DNA of 64,000 nt from an uncultured Candidatus Saccharibacteria bacterium (GCA_964468795.1 CAYXWL010000001.1:232246-296245); one strand, 5' to 3'; shown: positions 46,129-56,412, counted from the stretch's first letter. Translations and numbers: made by a program. The notes: generated by a model from the sequence alone, not told the origin.

Positions 46129-47100
46129 TTATTTAATGAATTTTATAGCATTAAAATTACACATAGTTTTATCTCCCCCATCTATAAGTCGAGGTAGGAC
46201 TGTACCACTTAATGCTTGTTCATATAATTCATTTGCCGCGATCCTATCAGGTGTATTGATAATAATTTTTTCAATATTATCAATTATCTTATCTGCTTCT
46301 TCATTTGATCTAATATAACGAAGACAATTCCATAAGTTAACTTCAGCTATAATGTTTTTAACTTGCTTCTGTTGTGACAAACCATCCTTTAAACTTTTTT
46401 CTCTGGTAGCAACATATGACTTTATAGCAGTAATGGTGGATTCATCTTTGTAATTATCTAGAATGTACTGCTGAATATCTGAAGTTGTGGAGTTTAGGAA
46501 TTTAAAGGTTGAAAGAATTTTATAGGCTTCCTCTGTCATTACAGAAAAGCTAAACATTTTACCTGCATTTGAGGTTCTATATACATCATAACTATACATA
46601 CCAGCCATGTTATAAACATTAAAATCTACACCGTTTATTTTGGTGGTAGAAGTAGAAAGTATATAATCATATTTTGAACTATCCCTATTATCAAAAATCA
46701 TATCTACACTAACTCCATCTCCAGCAAACTCACCTTTTCTCCAAAAATCATATCTCTCTTTTGATGTAAAACTAATTTTTCCTTCGTCCACACCAACCTC
46801 TTCAACAACCCAGTCTGGAGGCATTTTTAACTCAAATCCATACTCCTCGTTGCGATATGTTTTCCATCCAGAGTGTTTATCCTGTACTTCCACCTGCTTT
46901 TCAAAAGACTTTCCTAATTTGTAGCTTTCGTATGCCTTGTATTTAAAATAACCTGCCAGAGAAAGTCCGATTAAAATTAGAACTCCGCAAAACATCAAAA
47001 ACCAAGGAGTAAAATTTTTCTTTGGATCAGTTTCAAAAAAATTAAAGGGTGGTTTAGGGACAGGAGTCTGTGGAATTTGATTTTGCTCTTGTGGTTCCAT
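46129..47100 (-). CDS. Membrane-anchored hypothetical protein (WKTYRNEEYGF family paralog)
   Basis: Start at MEPQEQ, one TM helix, shared motif with two other ORFs. Confidence 0.45.
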   Translation of the reverse strand: MEPQEQNQIPQTPVPKPPFNFFETDPKKNFTPWFLMFCGVLILIGLSLAGYFKYKAYESYKLGKSFEKQVEVQDKHSGWKTYRNEEYGFELKMPPDWVVEEVGVDEGKISFTSKERYDFWRKGEFAGDGVSVDMIFDNRDSSKYDYILSTSTTKINGVDFNVYNMAGMYSYDVYRTSNAGKMFSFSVMTEEAYKILSTFKFLNSTTSDIQQYILDNYKDESTITAIKSYVATREKSLKDGLSQQKQVKNIIAEVNLWNCLRYIRSNEEADKIIDNIEKIIINTPDRIAANELYEQALSGTVLPRLIDGGDKTMCNFNAIKFIK

Positions 47101-47226
47101 ATGTTTATTTATTATACAACAAACTTTCATAATTGGATGCAGTTCTAGGCGGACAAAAAAATACCGCGAGCCTTATATAGATAAGGTGAGCGGTATTTTT
47201 TGAAGTCCAACAACGAAATGCGTCAA

Positions 47227-48630
47227 TTATGAAAGTTTGTAAATTTTACCACGTTCGGGGTATATAGCATCCACCTCAAGCTCATCCCTAAGCCTCTGAG
47301 TTAGATATGTTGAAGATTTTGGTTCGCCCATGACCACGAACACTTTTTTGACTTTCTTTGCAGTATTGGAAACCATGTCTACTATTCCGTTCGAATCCTT
47401 GTGGGAAGAATAGCCAGATATCATTTCTATCCTAGCTTTTACCGGAACAATTTCTCCATTGATTTCAATTTCTCTTGGCTTTTCCTGTATTCTCCTTCCC
47501 AGCGTTCCTAGAGCCTGATAGCCCATGAGCAAAATCGTGCTTTTTGGATCCGGCAGGTACCTTATTTCATGCGCTACTACCCTTCCACCAGAGGACATGC
47601 CCGAACCTGCAATGATGATTTTTGGGTTTGAAATATTTTCTATCTCGTTCGACTCTCTTGAACCATGCGTAATAGTAAGTTTTGGAAAATTGAAGATATT
47701 GTCACCGCCTTTTATCTCATCATTTACGCCCTTATTAAAATCTTTTGTTTTTTTAGCATAAACTTCTGTGACCTTGAGCCCCAAGGGAGAGTCCAGAAAA
47801 ACCGGCACGGAAGGGATCTTGCCGTCTTCTACCATATTGTTGAGTTCATACAGAATAACTTGCGTTCTTTCTATCGAAAAAGCTGGTATTACCAGAGCTC
47901 CTCTTGAAGCGATAGTCTCTTTTACAACGCTTATAAACCTTTTGTCTCTAACATCTTTTGGCTCATGATTCCTGTCCCCATATACGCTATCTACCACCAA
48001 ATAATCCGCATCGGTTATTTCCTCTGTTTGCTTGAGCAAAGGAGACGGCGAGTTTCCAGAGTCGCCAGTAAAAACTATTTTTCTGCCGTCGTATGAAAAC
48101 TCATACATTGATGAGCCTAGAATATGCCCTGCGTCTTTTAAGTAAACTGAAAGATCATCTGTAATTTTTGTATTTTCGTTATATGGGATAGTTCTCCATA
48201 GGGCGAAGGCAGTATTAGCATCGTTGGCATCATATAGAGGCGGAATCTTGAAACCGTCTTCTATCTCTTTTTCCTTGGACTTCATATCCATAACCTTTAT
48301 GGCATCCTCTATCATCAAAATGGCTAGGTCTTTTGTCTCCGGAGTTGAATATATGATTCCTCGAAAGCCGTCCTTTACCAGCTTGCCCACTCTGCCTATA
48401 TGATCCATGTGAGCATGAGTGATAAACAGAAAATCAATTGTTTTCGGATCATACGGGAAAGGCTTTGCGTTTTCTTCTTCTGCCGTTGGAGTTCCTTGAA
48501 CCAGTCCGCAATCTACCAAAAACCTTTCATCCTGAGTCTCCACCAAAAAGTTTGCCCCTGTCACAGTCCCTACTCCGCTCCAAAATGTCACTTCAAGTTT
48601 TTTTGCCATTTTTATTTTATTAATTTCCAA
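47227..48630 (-). CDS. Beta-CASP / MBL-fold ribonuclease (RNase J-like)
   Basis: Metallo-beta-lactamase HAHMDHIG motif, beta-CASP region, 467 aa. Confidence 0.7.
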   Translation of the reverse strand: MEINKIKMAKKLEVTFWSGVGTVTGANFLVETQDERFLVDCGLVQGTPTAEEENAKPFPYDPKTIDFLFITHAHMDHIGRVGKLVKDGFRGIIYSTPETKDLAILMIEDAIKVMDMKSKEKEIEDGFKIPPLYDANDANTAFALWRTIPYNENTKITDDLSVYLKDAGHILGSSMYEFSYDGRKIVFTGDSGNSPSPLLKQTEEITDADYLVVDSVYGDRNHEPKDVRDKRFISVVKETIASRGALVIPAFSIERTQVILYELNNMVEDGKIPSVPVFLDSPLGLKVTEVYAKKTKDFNKGVNDEIKGGDNIFNFPKLTITHGSRESNEIENISNPKIIIAGSGMSSGGRVVAHEIRYLPDPKSTILLMGYQALGTLGRRIQEKPREIEINGEIVPVKARIEMISGYSSHKDSNGIVDMVSNTAKKVKKVFVVMGEPKSSTYLTQRLRDELEVDAIYPERGKIYKLS

Positions 48631-49010
48631 GAGTATAGTGATGCCAAAAGTCCTCCCAAAAGATCCATGGATAAATCACCCATTGTGTCTTTGTAGTAAA
48701 GCCAGCCATCAGACAAAGTGGTAATGCCAAAGTGCAGTTCGAATATTTCCCACAATATTCCGATAAGGAGCGTCCCAAGAACACCTATTATAATGACTTT
48801 TTTCTGCGAATTTTCAATTTCTGAATAGAGACAAGATACCAGCCATATTGTACCCATGCCCACGCAGGCCCCTCCCAAAAGATGCATAGGTTTATCTAAG
48901 CCCGATACAGTCCAATAGTAATAGAATTTATTGTTTATATAATCGGCTACTCCTATGAAAGCTAAAATAGCAAAGGCCCGAAAAAATAGATTTGAGTTTC
49001 TATATTGCAT
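48612..49010 (-). CDS. Small polytopic membrane protein (VanZ-like?)
   Basis: 132 aa, four TM helices. Confidence 0.35.
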   Translation of the reverse strand: MQYRNSNLFFRAFAILAFIGVADYINNKFYYYWTVSGLDKPMHLLGGACVGMGTIWLVSCLYSEIENSQKKVIIIGVLGTLLIGILWEIFELHFGITTLSDGWLYYKDTMGDLSMDLLGGLLASLYSWKLIK

Positions 49011-49337
49011 TAAATTATTGTAGCAAATTCAATTAAGTACTAAAACACCCACGAAACCGTGGGTGTTTTAGTATGGATACGCTGATATTCCCCTAGCTTA
49101 ACGCCAGGTGGGTGCCCGCAAGTGCGCAAGTCAGAACGAATGAACGCTCATCGTAGTGCAAAGATATGAGGCTCCCAAAAAATTGTTTAGGAGGAAAATA
49201 TCTAACGTATCCTGAAATCATTATACTCTCAACTGAAGGCTCTTCAACTTGTATATTTTTTAAAATGGGTTATAGGAAAGCCAAATCAAAAAACCGCCAA
49301 GTTTCAAGGCGATTTTCTTTATTTAACCTTCACAAAG

Positions 49338-49943
49338 CTACTCCATGATGCCGTCTAAATTTACGTCGTAGAGAATGGATTCTTGAATCAGCTTATAATC
49401 AATTATTTCTTCTGCTGAGAACCAATGCGCTATCTCCATTTCTGCTTCTTTTGGTGAACCTGACGCATGAACAAGGTTTCTGACAGATCTGTCGTCATTG
49501 TCTGCCATATTGTATGAATCCAAAACATAATCACCTCTAATAGTTCCGACATCTGTAGATCTCGGCTCCGTTCCTCCGGTTATTTTTCTGACAATTTCAA
49601 CAGCGTGTGCGCCTTCCAACACAATTGCGATAACAGGACCAGCTGTCATGTATTTCTTCAGCCTCTCCAAAACCACAGCAGTAATTTCGTAAGGATCTTC
49701 TGTGTGAAGCTGTTCGCCTTTTTCCTTTGCTGCCTTTATTCTTTTCTCTCCCGTAATTCTTCTCCATTCTGGATCTAGAGTATAGTGCTTTTCTACATGC
49801 TCAGGAGTTGCGACTAGCATTTTCATCGCGACAAGCTTTAGGCCTACTCTCTCGTATCTTTCAATAATCTCACCGACAAGAGTTCTCTGCACTCCGTCGG
49901 GCTTTATTATTACCAATGTTCTCTCCTTTTTTGGATGTGACAT
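49338..49943 (-). CDS. ndk: Nucleoside diphosphate kinase (with C-terminal extension)
   Basis: ERTLVIIKPDGVQRTLVGEIIERYERVGLKLVAMK; active-site His region. Confidence 0.8.
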   Translation of the reverse strand: MSHPKKERTLVIIKPDGVQRTLVGEIIERYERVGLKLVAMKMLVATPEHVEKHYTLDPEWRRITGEKRIKAAKEKGEQLHTEDPYEITAVVLERLKKYMTAGPVIAIVLEGAHAVEIVRKITGGTEPRSTDVGTIRGDYVLDSYNMADNDDRSVRNLVHASGSPKEAEMEIAHWFSAEEIIDYKLIQESILYDVNLDGIME

Positions 49944-50140
49944 AAAGTTTAGTTAGATAGTTAATAAGTTTAATAGTTGATGAGTTTGATAGTTTATAAG
50001 TGAAGGATATCACCATTTTAGAAGTTTTCAAATATGGATGAAGTTCAAGGCGAAATGAAAAAATGAGAGAAGCCTTACAAGTAGTAAGGTGACGAACATT
50101 TTTGAAATTTCAACGCAAAAATTCGCCAGTTTTGAAAGTT

Positions 50141-50908
50141 CTACTTAGTAAGTATGATAGGGTCCATCTCAGTAATAGCAATAGTATGTTCGCAATGAGC
50201 AGCATTTGAACCGTCTGCTGTTTTGTATGTATATCCATCTTTTGCTAAAACTATTTTGCTTGTGCCAAGGGTAATCATGGGTTCTATAGCAATAACCATG
50301 CCAGGCTTCAAAACTTCTCCTGTGCCTTTTCTGCCTTGATTTGGTACAAATGGATCCTCGTGAACTTTGTAACCAACCCCATGCCCTGCCAAACCCTCGC
50401 ACAAGCCATATCCAAGAGGCTTTATAAATGACTCGATTGCGTATCCTATATCACCTACCCGCGCCCCGCCCCTTGCTACTTTTATTCCCAAAGCCAATGC
50501 TTCCTTGCAATGCTCTATCATCTTCCTGTCTTCTTCTAAAATATTTCCAACCCCGACTGTTATCGCACTATCAGTTATCATGCCCTTATGAACAAGTCCC
50601 AAATCCAAAGTTACGACGTCGCCATCTTGTAAAATAAGTGGGTCCTCGTTTGGTATGCCGTGAACTATTTCATTGTTTACTGAAACACATAGGCTTGCCG
50701 GATAAGGCCTCTTTGCCCCTCTAGGTGTATAGTTCAAAAAAGCAGCCTTGTCTCCGCCTTCCTTTATGAGCTCTGACGCAAAGTCATCGAGTTCCTTGGT
50801 AGAAATTCCAGGTGCTACTTTCTTTGCAATTTCCTGCAAAATAAAGGCGTGGCGCTTTCCACCCTCTTTTAATATTTCTATTTCCTCCTGAGTCTTAATA
50901 TTTATCAT
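50141..50908 (-). CDS. map: Methionine aminopeptidase type I
   Basis: Conserved metal ligands context (HGIP.., D..D, H, E, E), 255 aa; follows adk. Confidence 0.85.
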   Translation of the reverse strand: MINIKTQEEIEILKEGGKRHAFILQEIAKKVAPGISTKELDDFASELIKEGGDKAAFLNYTPRGAKRPYPASLCVSVNNEIVHGIPNEDPLILQDGDVVTLDLGLVHKGMITDSAITVGVGNILEEDRKMIEHCKEALALGIKVARGGARVGDIGYAIESFIKPLGYGLCEGLAGHGVGYKVHEDPFVPNQGRKGTGEVLKPGMVIAIEPMITLGTSKIVLAKDGYTYKTADGSNAAHCEHTIAITEMDPIILTK

Positions 50909-50909
50909 T

Positions 50910-51497
50910 TTAGAGACCGATCTCTTTCATTATATCGGCATGGACTTCTTCTATAGATTTCTCGCCGTCAATCGAGATGAAGTTATAGTATGTGTTGTTC
51001 CTAAAATATTCAAGTGCCGGCACGACATTTTCATAGTACCAAGCTATTCGCTTTTCTATGTCATGCTCATTGTCGTCTGTTCTACCTCTTCCCAAAAGCC
51101 TGTCTTTTGCCCATTCCTTGCTCACTGCCATAGAGATGACATAAGGCTTTTCTCTCTTGTAAAACTTCATTGCCGAGTCCAAAATAGGCGCTTCATGGGC
51201 TCGTCTTGAAAGTCCGTCGAGAACCATGTGTTCGTCTCCAGAAACGTGCTTTATGAGATATTCTGTCCAAATCCAAATCGGCAAAAATTCTGGCAGTAGG
51301 CCTCCTTTTGACATTATTTCCTTGGTCATCTGTGCAGTAACAGATGCTTCTGTAGAAAAATCTCTAAATCTTTGACCTGTCTCTATGTACAAAACTTCTC
51401 TATTATCTTTTTCTTTTAGCTTATCAATAAGTAGCTTTGCCTGTGTTCCCTTTCCGGCGCCTGATGGCCCGAAGAATATGAATGTTTGTGGAGTCAT
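50910..51497 (-). CDS. adk: Adenylate kinase
   Basis: P-loop GPSGAGKGTQA. Confidence 0.85.
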   Translation of the reverse strand: MTPQTFIFFGPSGAGKGTQAKLLIDKLKEKDNREVLYIETGQRFRDFSTEASVTAQMTKEIMSKGGLLPEFLPIWIWTEYLIKHVSGDEHMVLDGLSRRAHEAPILDSAMKFYKREKPYVISMAVSKEWAKDRLLGRGRTDDNEHDIEKRIAWYYENVVPALEYFRNNTYYNFISIDGEKSIEEVHADIMKEIGL

Positions 51498-51599
51498 GAA
51501 TAAAGTATACCAGATTTAACTCACATATGAATCATTTGCATACCAAAACCCCATTATAACTTTTTAGAAACAAAAAATTTCCCAACGGGAAATTTTTCT

Positions 51600-51737
51600 C
51601 TCTCCTTACAGGAGCAGTACACCTTTCGCAAAGTTTTGCTCAAGATCTTGCGAAGCAATAATATTGCTTCTCACCTCGGCTTCTATTCGTCAAGGCATGG
51701 TACCTTGACGAAACCATGCTAGAAGCCTGCGTATGTT
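51600..51737 (-). repeat. Structured repeat element, copy 2 (secY-adk intergenic)
   Basis: Reverse complement aligns with 43016-43125 (core ~70 nt with 3 substitutions). Confidence 0.5.
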
Positions 51738-51758
51738 CTAAAAAGTTATAATGGGGTT

Positions 51759-53030
51759 TTAGTACTCGCGGATTGAAACCTGAGCGTCTATTTTCTTGAT
51801 CAGATCGATTACCACAGATACCACAATAAGGAGAGCTGTACCACCTACAGAAACAGCTGTAATTCCTGTAAAACCTCTGATAATGAGAGGAAGAACAGCA
51901 ATGAATCCTAGGAAGATGGCGCCTACCAAAGTCAATCGAGTAAGTATTCGTGAAATATGATCTGCTGTAGATTTTCCAGGTCGTACTCCAGGTATGAATG
52001 CTCCGTTTTTCTGAAGATTGGTAGAGATCTGATCTGGATCAAATGTAACTGCTGTATAGAAGTATGTGAAGATAAACACAAGCAGGAAGTATGCTATTCC
52101 GTAGAACCAGCCATTTGCCAAAATTGCTAGGATTTTTGAAGAGACTGTCTGGATCCATGCATGGCTTGAATTCTGCAAGAACCTTAGAATCATCTGAGGG
52201 AACAAAAGGATAGATAGAGCAAAGATGATTGGAATTACACCTGCTTGATTGATTCGTAGAGGAAGGTATGTAGATGTTCCTCCGTAAACTCTGTTTCCCC
52301 TTACCTGCTTTGCGTATGTTATAGGGATTGGCCTTTCAGCTTCTGTAATGACAACCACTCCAACAATAACTAAAGTGGCAATGACAATGAAAGCCAAGTA
52401 AACTGGAAGCTGAGCTGTGCTAAATGAGAATGCCAGCTGTCCTGCAGCAGATGGAAGAGCTGCTACGATACCTGAAAAGATGATAAGGCTTATTCCGTTT
52501 CCAATTCCATATTCAGTGATAAGCTCTCCGATCCACATAAGCAGAACTGAACCCGCGGTGATAACTAAAAGGTTTGTCGTAAGCTGAAGTCCTGACAAAT
52601 GAGTAATGACTCCCTGATTCTCCAAAAGTTTTATAAAGCTGAAAGCCTGTAAAAGCGCTAGAGGAACTGTAATCATTCGTCCGTACTGGGCAAATTTTCT
52701 CCTGCCCACCTCCCCGTCTTCCTGATACATTTCTTTTAGCTTTGGAGAAAGTATAGTCAAAAGTTGCATGATGATAGAACCTGTAATATAAGGTCCTACT
52801 CCAAGCATCACGATAGAAAGCTGTGAAAGGCCTCCTCCTGAGAAAATATTTAGCAATCCTAGAAATTCGTTGCTAGAAAAAAATTGTGCAAGCCTTCCAT
52901 GATCAACTCCTGGAACAGGAACAGATGCCAGCACTCGGAACAGTGCCAAAGCAAAAAGTGTAAAAAGTATTCGCTTTCGCAGGATGCTGTCCTGGAAAAC
53001 GAGTTTGAATTTGTTCATGAAGTTGCTCAT
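51759..53030 (-). CDS. secY: Preprotein translocase subunit SecY
   Basis: 10 TM helices, conserved SecY segments. Confidence 0.9.
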   Translation of the reverse strand: MSNFMNKFKLVFQDSILRKRILFTLFALALFRVLASVPVPGVDHGRLAQFFSSNEFLGLLNIFSGGGLSQLSIVMLGVGPYITGSIIMQLLTILSPKLKEMYQEDGEVGRRKFAQYGRMITVPLALLQAFSFIKLLENQGVITHLSGLQLTTNLLVITAGSVLLMWIGELITEYGIGNGISLIIFSGIVAALPSAAGQLAFSFSTAQLPVYLAFIVIATLVIVGVVVITEAERPIPITYAKQVRGNRVYGGTSTYLPLRINQAGVIPIIFALSILLFPQMILRFLQNSSHAWIQTVSSKILAILANGWFYGIAYFLLVFIFTYFYTAVTFDPDQISTNLQKNGAFIPGVRPGKSTADHISRILTRLTLVGAIFLGFIAVLPLIIRGFTGITAVSVGGTALLIVVSVVIDLIKKIDAQVSIREY

Positions 53031-53034
53031 AGGA

Positions 53035-53475
53035 TTATTTTACTGTACCTCCGGCCTTCTCGATAATAGATTTTGCTGATGCAGAAACTAGGCAACCTTC
53101 GAATGAAAGCTTCTTGTCCAGCTCTCCTGTTCCAAGTATCTTAACTTTTGGAATCACTCCGCTCTTTGAAGTTAGAAGATTGTGCTTTATAAGCGTCTCT
53201 GGAGAAACAACATCGCCATTTTTGCAAAGCTTGTTGAAAACAGAAAGGTTGAACACTACAGGTTTATCCTTTATTGATGTGTTGATATTCTTGCCTCGTC
53301 CTCGTAGCTTTGGAATTCTCTTGATGAAATCTCTGATCTCTGGTCGCTTCTTGTGTCCGGCTCGGGCGTTCTGTCCCTTTGTTCCTCGTCCAGAAGTTTT
53401 TCCATGAGTTCCCCCTCGGCCAACTGTTTTTGGCTTCTTGTTCGGATTTTTTCTTTTTAAGTTATTGCTCTGCAT
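53035..53475 (-). CDS. rplO: 50S ribosomal protein L15
   Basis: Gly/Arg-rich N-terminus GRGGTHGKTSGRG..; position before secY. Confidence 0.85.
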   Translation of the reverse strand: MQSNNLKRKNPNKKPKTVGRGGTHGKTSGRGTKGQNARAGHKKRPEIRDFIKRIPKLRGRGKNINTSIKDKPVVFNLSVFNKLCKNGDVVSPETLIKHNLLTSKSGVIPKVKILGTGELDKKLSFEGCLVSASAKSIIEKAGGTVK

Positions 53476-53485
53476 GGTATTTATG

Positions 53486-54055
53486 TTACTTTGCTGCCTT
53501 CATTTTAGAAAGTGCTTTTATTGCAGCTTTTGCATTGTTTATCTTATTCTTACTTCTTGAAAAGATTTTTGATGAAACTTCCTTGATTCCTGCGAATTCA
53601 AGAACTGTTCTCACAGATGATCCAGCCAAAACTCCCTTTCCTGGAGCTCTCATTATAAGAACTCGTGAGCTAGAGTATTTTGCTTCTGCTTCGTGCGGAA
53701 CTGATGATGCCTTTGTAAGGTTCACCTTTATCATATTCTTTCGAGCGTCTCGCACTGCCTTGTCGATAGCAACAGGAGTGTCTCCGGCCTTGCCTAGTCC
53801 TACTCCAACTCTTCCCTTTCTGTCTCCGATAACTACAGCAACAGAGAAAGCAAATCGTCGTCCTCCAGTTACCACTCGTGTTACGCGCCTTATGCTGATA
53901 ATTTTCTGATCAAATTCAGGCTTTACTCTTGCTTCTCTTCGAGGAGCAGGCTTTCGAGAATTCTTTCGGAACTCCCTCTGCTGTGGCATAGAAGTAGCTG
54001 GCTGTGCTTCAGCCTCTACCGCAACATCTTCAACTTTTATTTCTTCGTTTTCCAT
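53486..54055 (-). CDS. rpsE: 30S ribosomal protein S5 (no L30 gene between S5 and L15)
   Basis: VTRVVTGGRRFAFSVAVVIGD..conserved S5 dsRBD and C-domain. Confidence 0.85.
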   Translation of the reverse strand: MENEEIKVEDVAVEAEAQPATSMPQQREFRKNSRKPAPRREARVKPEFDQKIISIRRVTRVVTGGRRFAFSVAVVIGDRKGRVGVGLGKAGDTPVAIDKAVRDARKNMIKVNLTKASSVPHEAEAKYSSSRVLIMRAPGKGVLAGSSVRTVLEFAGIKEVSSKIFSRSKNKINNAKAAIKALSKMKAAK

Positions 54056-54063
54056 ATGTTTGA

Positions 54064-54414
54064 TTAAAACTTAAGTCCGCCTTTTCTTGCCCCTTCTGCA
54101 AGCGCCTTTACGTTTCCTGTATAAATAAATCCTCCTCTGTCGAAAACGACCCTTGAAATCTTGCCTGCCAATGCTTTTTCAGCAATAGCTACTCCAACAT
54201 TCTCTGATTTCTCCATCATTGTCTTGCCTTTTACATCGCTTGAATGAACACCTACAATTGTAACTCCTTTTACATCGTCAATTATCTGAGCAGATATGTA
54301 TCGGTTTGATTTGAAAATAGAAAGTCGAGGCATTTCGCTTGTGCCAGAAATCTTTGCTCTTATTCGAGCATGTCGTCGTGTTCTCTTTGCAACTTTTGAT
54401 TGATTCTTTTTCAT
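54064..54414 (-). CDS. rplR: 50S ribosomal protein L18
   Basis: Conserved L18 C-terminus GGFIYTGNVKALAEGARKGGLKF. Confidence 0.85.
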   Translation of the reverse strand: MKKNQSKVAKRTRRHARIRAKISGTSEMPRLSIFKSNRYISAQIIDDVKGVTIVGVHSSDVKGKTMMEKSENVGVAIAEKALAGKISRVVFDRGGFIYTGNVKALAEGARKGGLKF

Positions 54415-54425
54415 GGCCGTTTGAA

Positions 54426-54959
54426 TTATGCAGTCTTCTTACCCTGCTTTCGCTTGATAACCTCGCCTTCGTATCGCATACCCTTGCCCTTGTATGGTTC
54501 AGGCTTCTTCAAAGCTCTAACTTCAGCAGTAAACTGACCAACAAGCTCCTTGTTAGACCCGCTTACAGTAATAACGTTCTTCTCTGCAGTAACTTTTAAT
54601 CCTTCAGGAATTGCTACGTTTACTGGGTGTGAAAATCCTAGAGCCAAAACAAGGTTAGTTCCCTTTACATCTGACTTATATCCGATTCCTTCAAGAATAA
54701 GCTTCTTCTCGAAAGGCTTATTTACACCAGAAATCATGTTCATGATGTGAGATGCGTATGTCCCCCACAACGCTCTGTTCTCTAGATTAAGAACTTTTGG
54801 ATTGAGAGTTATTTCATCTCCAGCAATTTTTATTTCAATATCTTTCTTAAATGTTCGTGAAAGAGTTCCGAGAGGACCCTTTACAGTCAGAACATCCCCA
54901 GCAAGCGATACTTCTGTTTTTGGAGCGATCTTTATTATTTTTTTTCCTATTCGTGACAT
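54426..54959 (-). CDS. rplF: 50S ribosomal protein L6
   Basis: MSRIGKKIIKI..two-domain L6; start moved to MSRIGKK. Confidence 0.85.
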   Translation of the reverse strand: MSRIGKKIIKIAPKTEVSLAGDVLTVKGPLGTLSRTFKKDIEIKIAGDEITLNPKVLNLENRALWGTYASHIMNMISGVNKPFEKKLILEGIGYKSDVKGTNLVLALGFSHPVNVAIPEGLKVTAEKNVITVSGSNKELVGQFTAEVRALKKPEPYKGKGMRYEGEVIKRKQGKKTA

Positions 54960-54994
54960 GTTATTTTCCAGATTTGCTATGTAATGATTCAAAT

Positions 54995-55387
54995 TTACCA
55001 AATTTTGAATAGCGCCTCGCCTCCAATGTTAGCTTCCTTTGCTGCTTTGTCTGTCATGATTCCTTTTGGTGTTGAAAGGATTAGGCTTCCTAGTCCGTTC
55101 TTAACCTTCTTTATATCCTTTGCCTTCTGGTATACCCTCTTTGAAGTCTTTGAAACTCTGTCTACTCCAGAGATCTTTGGCATTCCGTCTGCATCGTACA
55201 AAAGTCCTACTTCGATAAACTTAGCGACCTTCTTTCCCTTCTTTCCGAAAGACTTTATAAATCCGTCTTTTAGAAGAACATCGAGAATAGCAAGCTTTAG
55301 CTTTGAATGCGGAAATACAACAGATTCCTTCTTTGAATCTGAAGCGTTCTTTATTCTCACTATCATATCTGCGATTGGATCTGTCAT
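54995..55387 (-). CDS. rpsH: 30S ribosomal protein S8
   Basis: MTDPIADMIVRIKNA. Confidence 0.9.
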   Translation of the reverse strand: MTDPIADMIVRIKNASDSKKESVVFPHSKLKLAILDVLLKDGFIKSFGKKGKKVAKFIEVGLLYDADGMPKISGVDRVSKTSKRVYQKAKDIKKVKNGLGSLILSTPKGIMTDKAAKEANIGGEALFKIW

Positions 55388-55463
55388 GTGTATTTATGAT
55401 ATCTGGACAGTATCTCTCATCTAGCGACTTGAGACTTGTCCGGACGTCTTCTGTGCTAGCAGA

Positions 55464-55649
55464 CTACCAGCTAGACTTCTTAACGCCAGGGATTTTACCC
55501 TCGTTGGCAAGCTCTCGGAAGCAGATTCTGCAGAGACCAAAATCTCGCATGAATGCCCTTCCTCGTCCACACTTAAAGCATCGGTTTGTTGCCCGAGTAG
55601 AGAATTTTGGCTTTTTAGCCGCTCTTGCTTTAACTGATGTTTTTGCCAT
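55464..55649 (-). CDS. rpsN: 30S ribosomal protein S14 type Z (zinc-binding)
   Basis: 61 aa, [25 protein letters not shown]. Confidence 0.85.
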   Translation of the reverse strand: MAKTSVKARAAKKPKFSTRATNRCFKCGRGRAFMRDFGLCRICFRELANEGKIPGVKKSSW

Positions 55650-55717
55650 TGTTATTAAAAAAGCTTTTTCAAGCTCAAACTACACTATCAAAACTCGTGT
55701 ATAAAGTCAAACAAAAT

Positions 55718-55750
55718 GCCCGGGTCTCCTTTCGGAGACCCGGGCACAGA
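55718..55750 (-). terminator. Strong hairpin terminator (GCCCGGGUCUCC-UUUC-GGAGACCCGGGC) downstream of inserted gene 55756..56412
   Basis: Perfect 12-bp GC stem. Confidence 0.5.
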
Positions 55751-55755
55751 CAGAA

Positions 55756-56412
55756 CTACAAGCCCACACGAAGTACGAGTCTTGCTTCTTCGAGCTTGTG
55801 CCGAGCAGGACCATTCCCAAACTTCTCGACCTGCTCCTCGAGGTTCATGCCTGTGTTAAATGACATGACGAATGGGACATTCAGACGGGAATCCCGTTCG
55901 ACAATGTACCGGAAGGCATTGTCGAAGGTCTCGCGAGAGATCTGATTCGCACTAATCTTGGTGATCTTAAAAGCAACTTCCGCCAAGATATTACGAAGCT
56001 CATAGTCTGTTCCTGTAAATGCAGGCACCAGATCCTTGCGCTTGGAAAAAGTGAAGGTCTGATCTACCCACACTTGCGGTCGCGTTGTTTTGTATTTTGC
56101 GACCATTCCGGGTTCAGACAAATTATCCTGAATATACCGGTAAGCATCAAGAGCTTCGACAAATGCTGAGTAGAGGGTAATTGCTGTAACCCCCTTCACC
56201 TCATTCATAACGAAGAGTGGATTATGCTCGCAAGCATATCGGAACATGCGCTTCTCGAAAAGATTTTCACGCCATCTTCGAGGAAGACGACGCAAATACC
56301 TGATCCCTTTCGGAACCGCCCACATCACGGAAAGGAACAGCCCCGTGCTCCAGAAGAGCAGACCGAAGTAAATAACAAGCCAGCCAGCCCTGTACAAGTT
56401 GTAAAGGTCCAT
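55756..56412 (-). CDS. GC-rich inserted ORF between rplE and rpsN: N-terminal TM helix + soluble domain (hypothetical)
   Basis: 218 aa; compositionally distinct from flanking r-protein genes; own terminator. Confidence 0.5.
   Translation of the reverse strand: MDLYNLYRAGWLVIYFGLLFWSTGLFLSVMWAVPKGIRYLRRLPRRWRENLFEKRMFRYACEHNPLFVMNEVKGVTAITLYSAFVEALDAYRYIQDNLSEPGMVAKYKTTRPQVWVDQTFTFSKRKDLVPAFTGTDYELRNILAEVAFKITKISANQISRETFDNAFRYIVERDSRLNVPFVMSFNTGMNLEEQVEKFGNGPARHKLEEARLVLRVGL

Noticed and set aside
49020-49160. GC-rich 140-nt intergenic patch after the 48612..49010 gene, with a bidirectional terminator
   Set aside because: It is too short and featureless to call an RNA or a cassette. It is noted only as a terminator-containing spacer.
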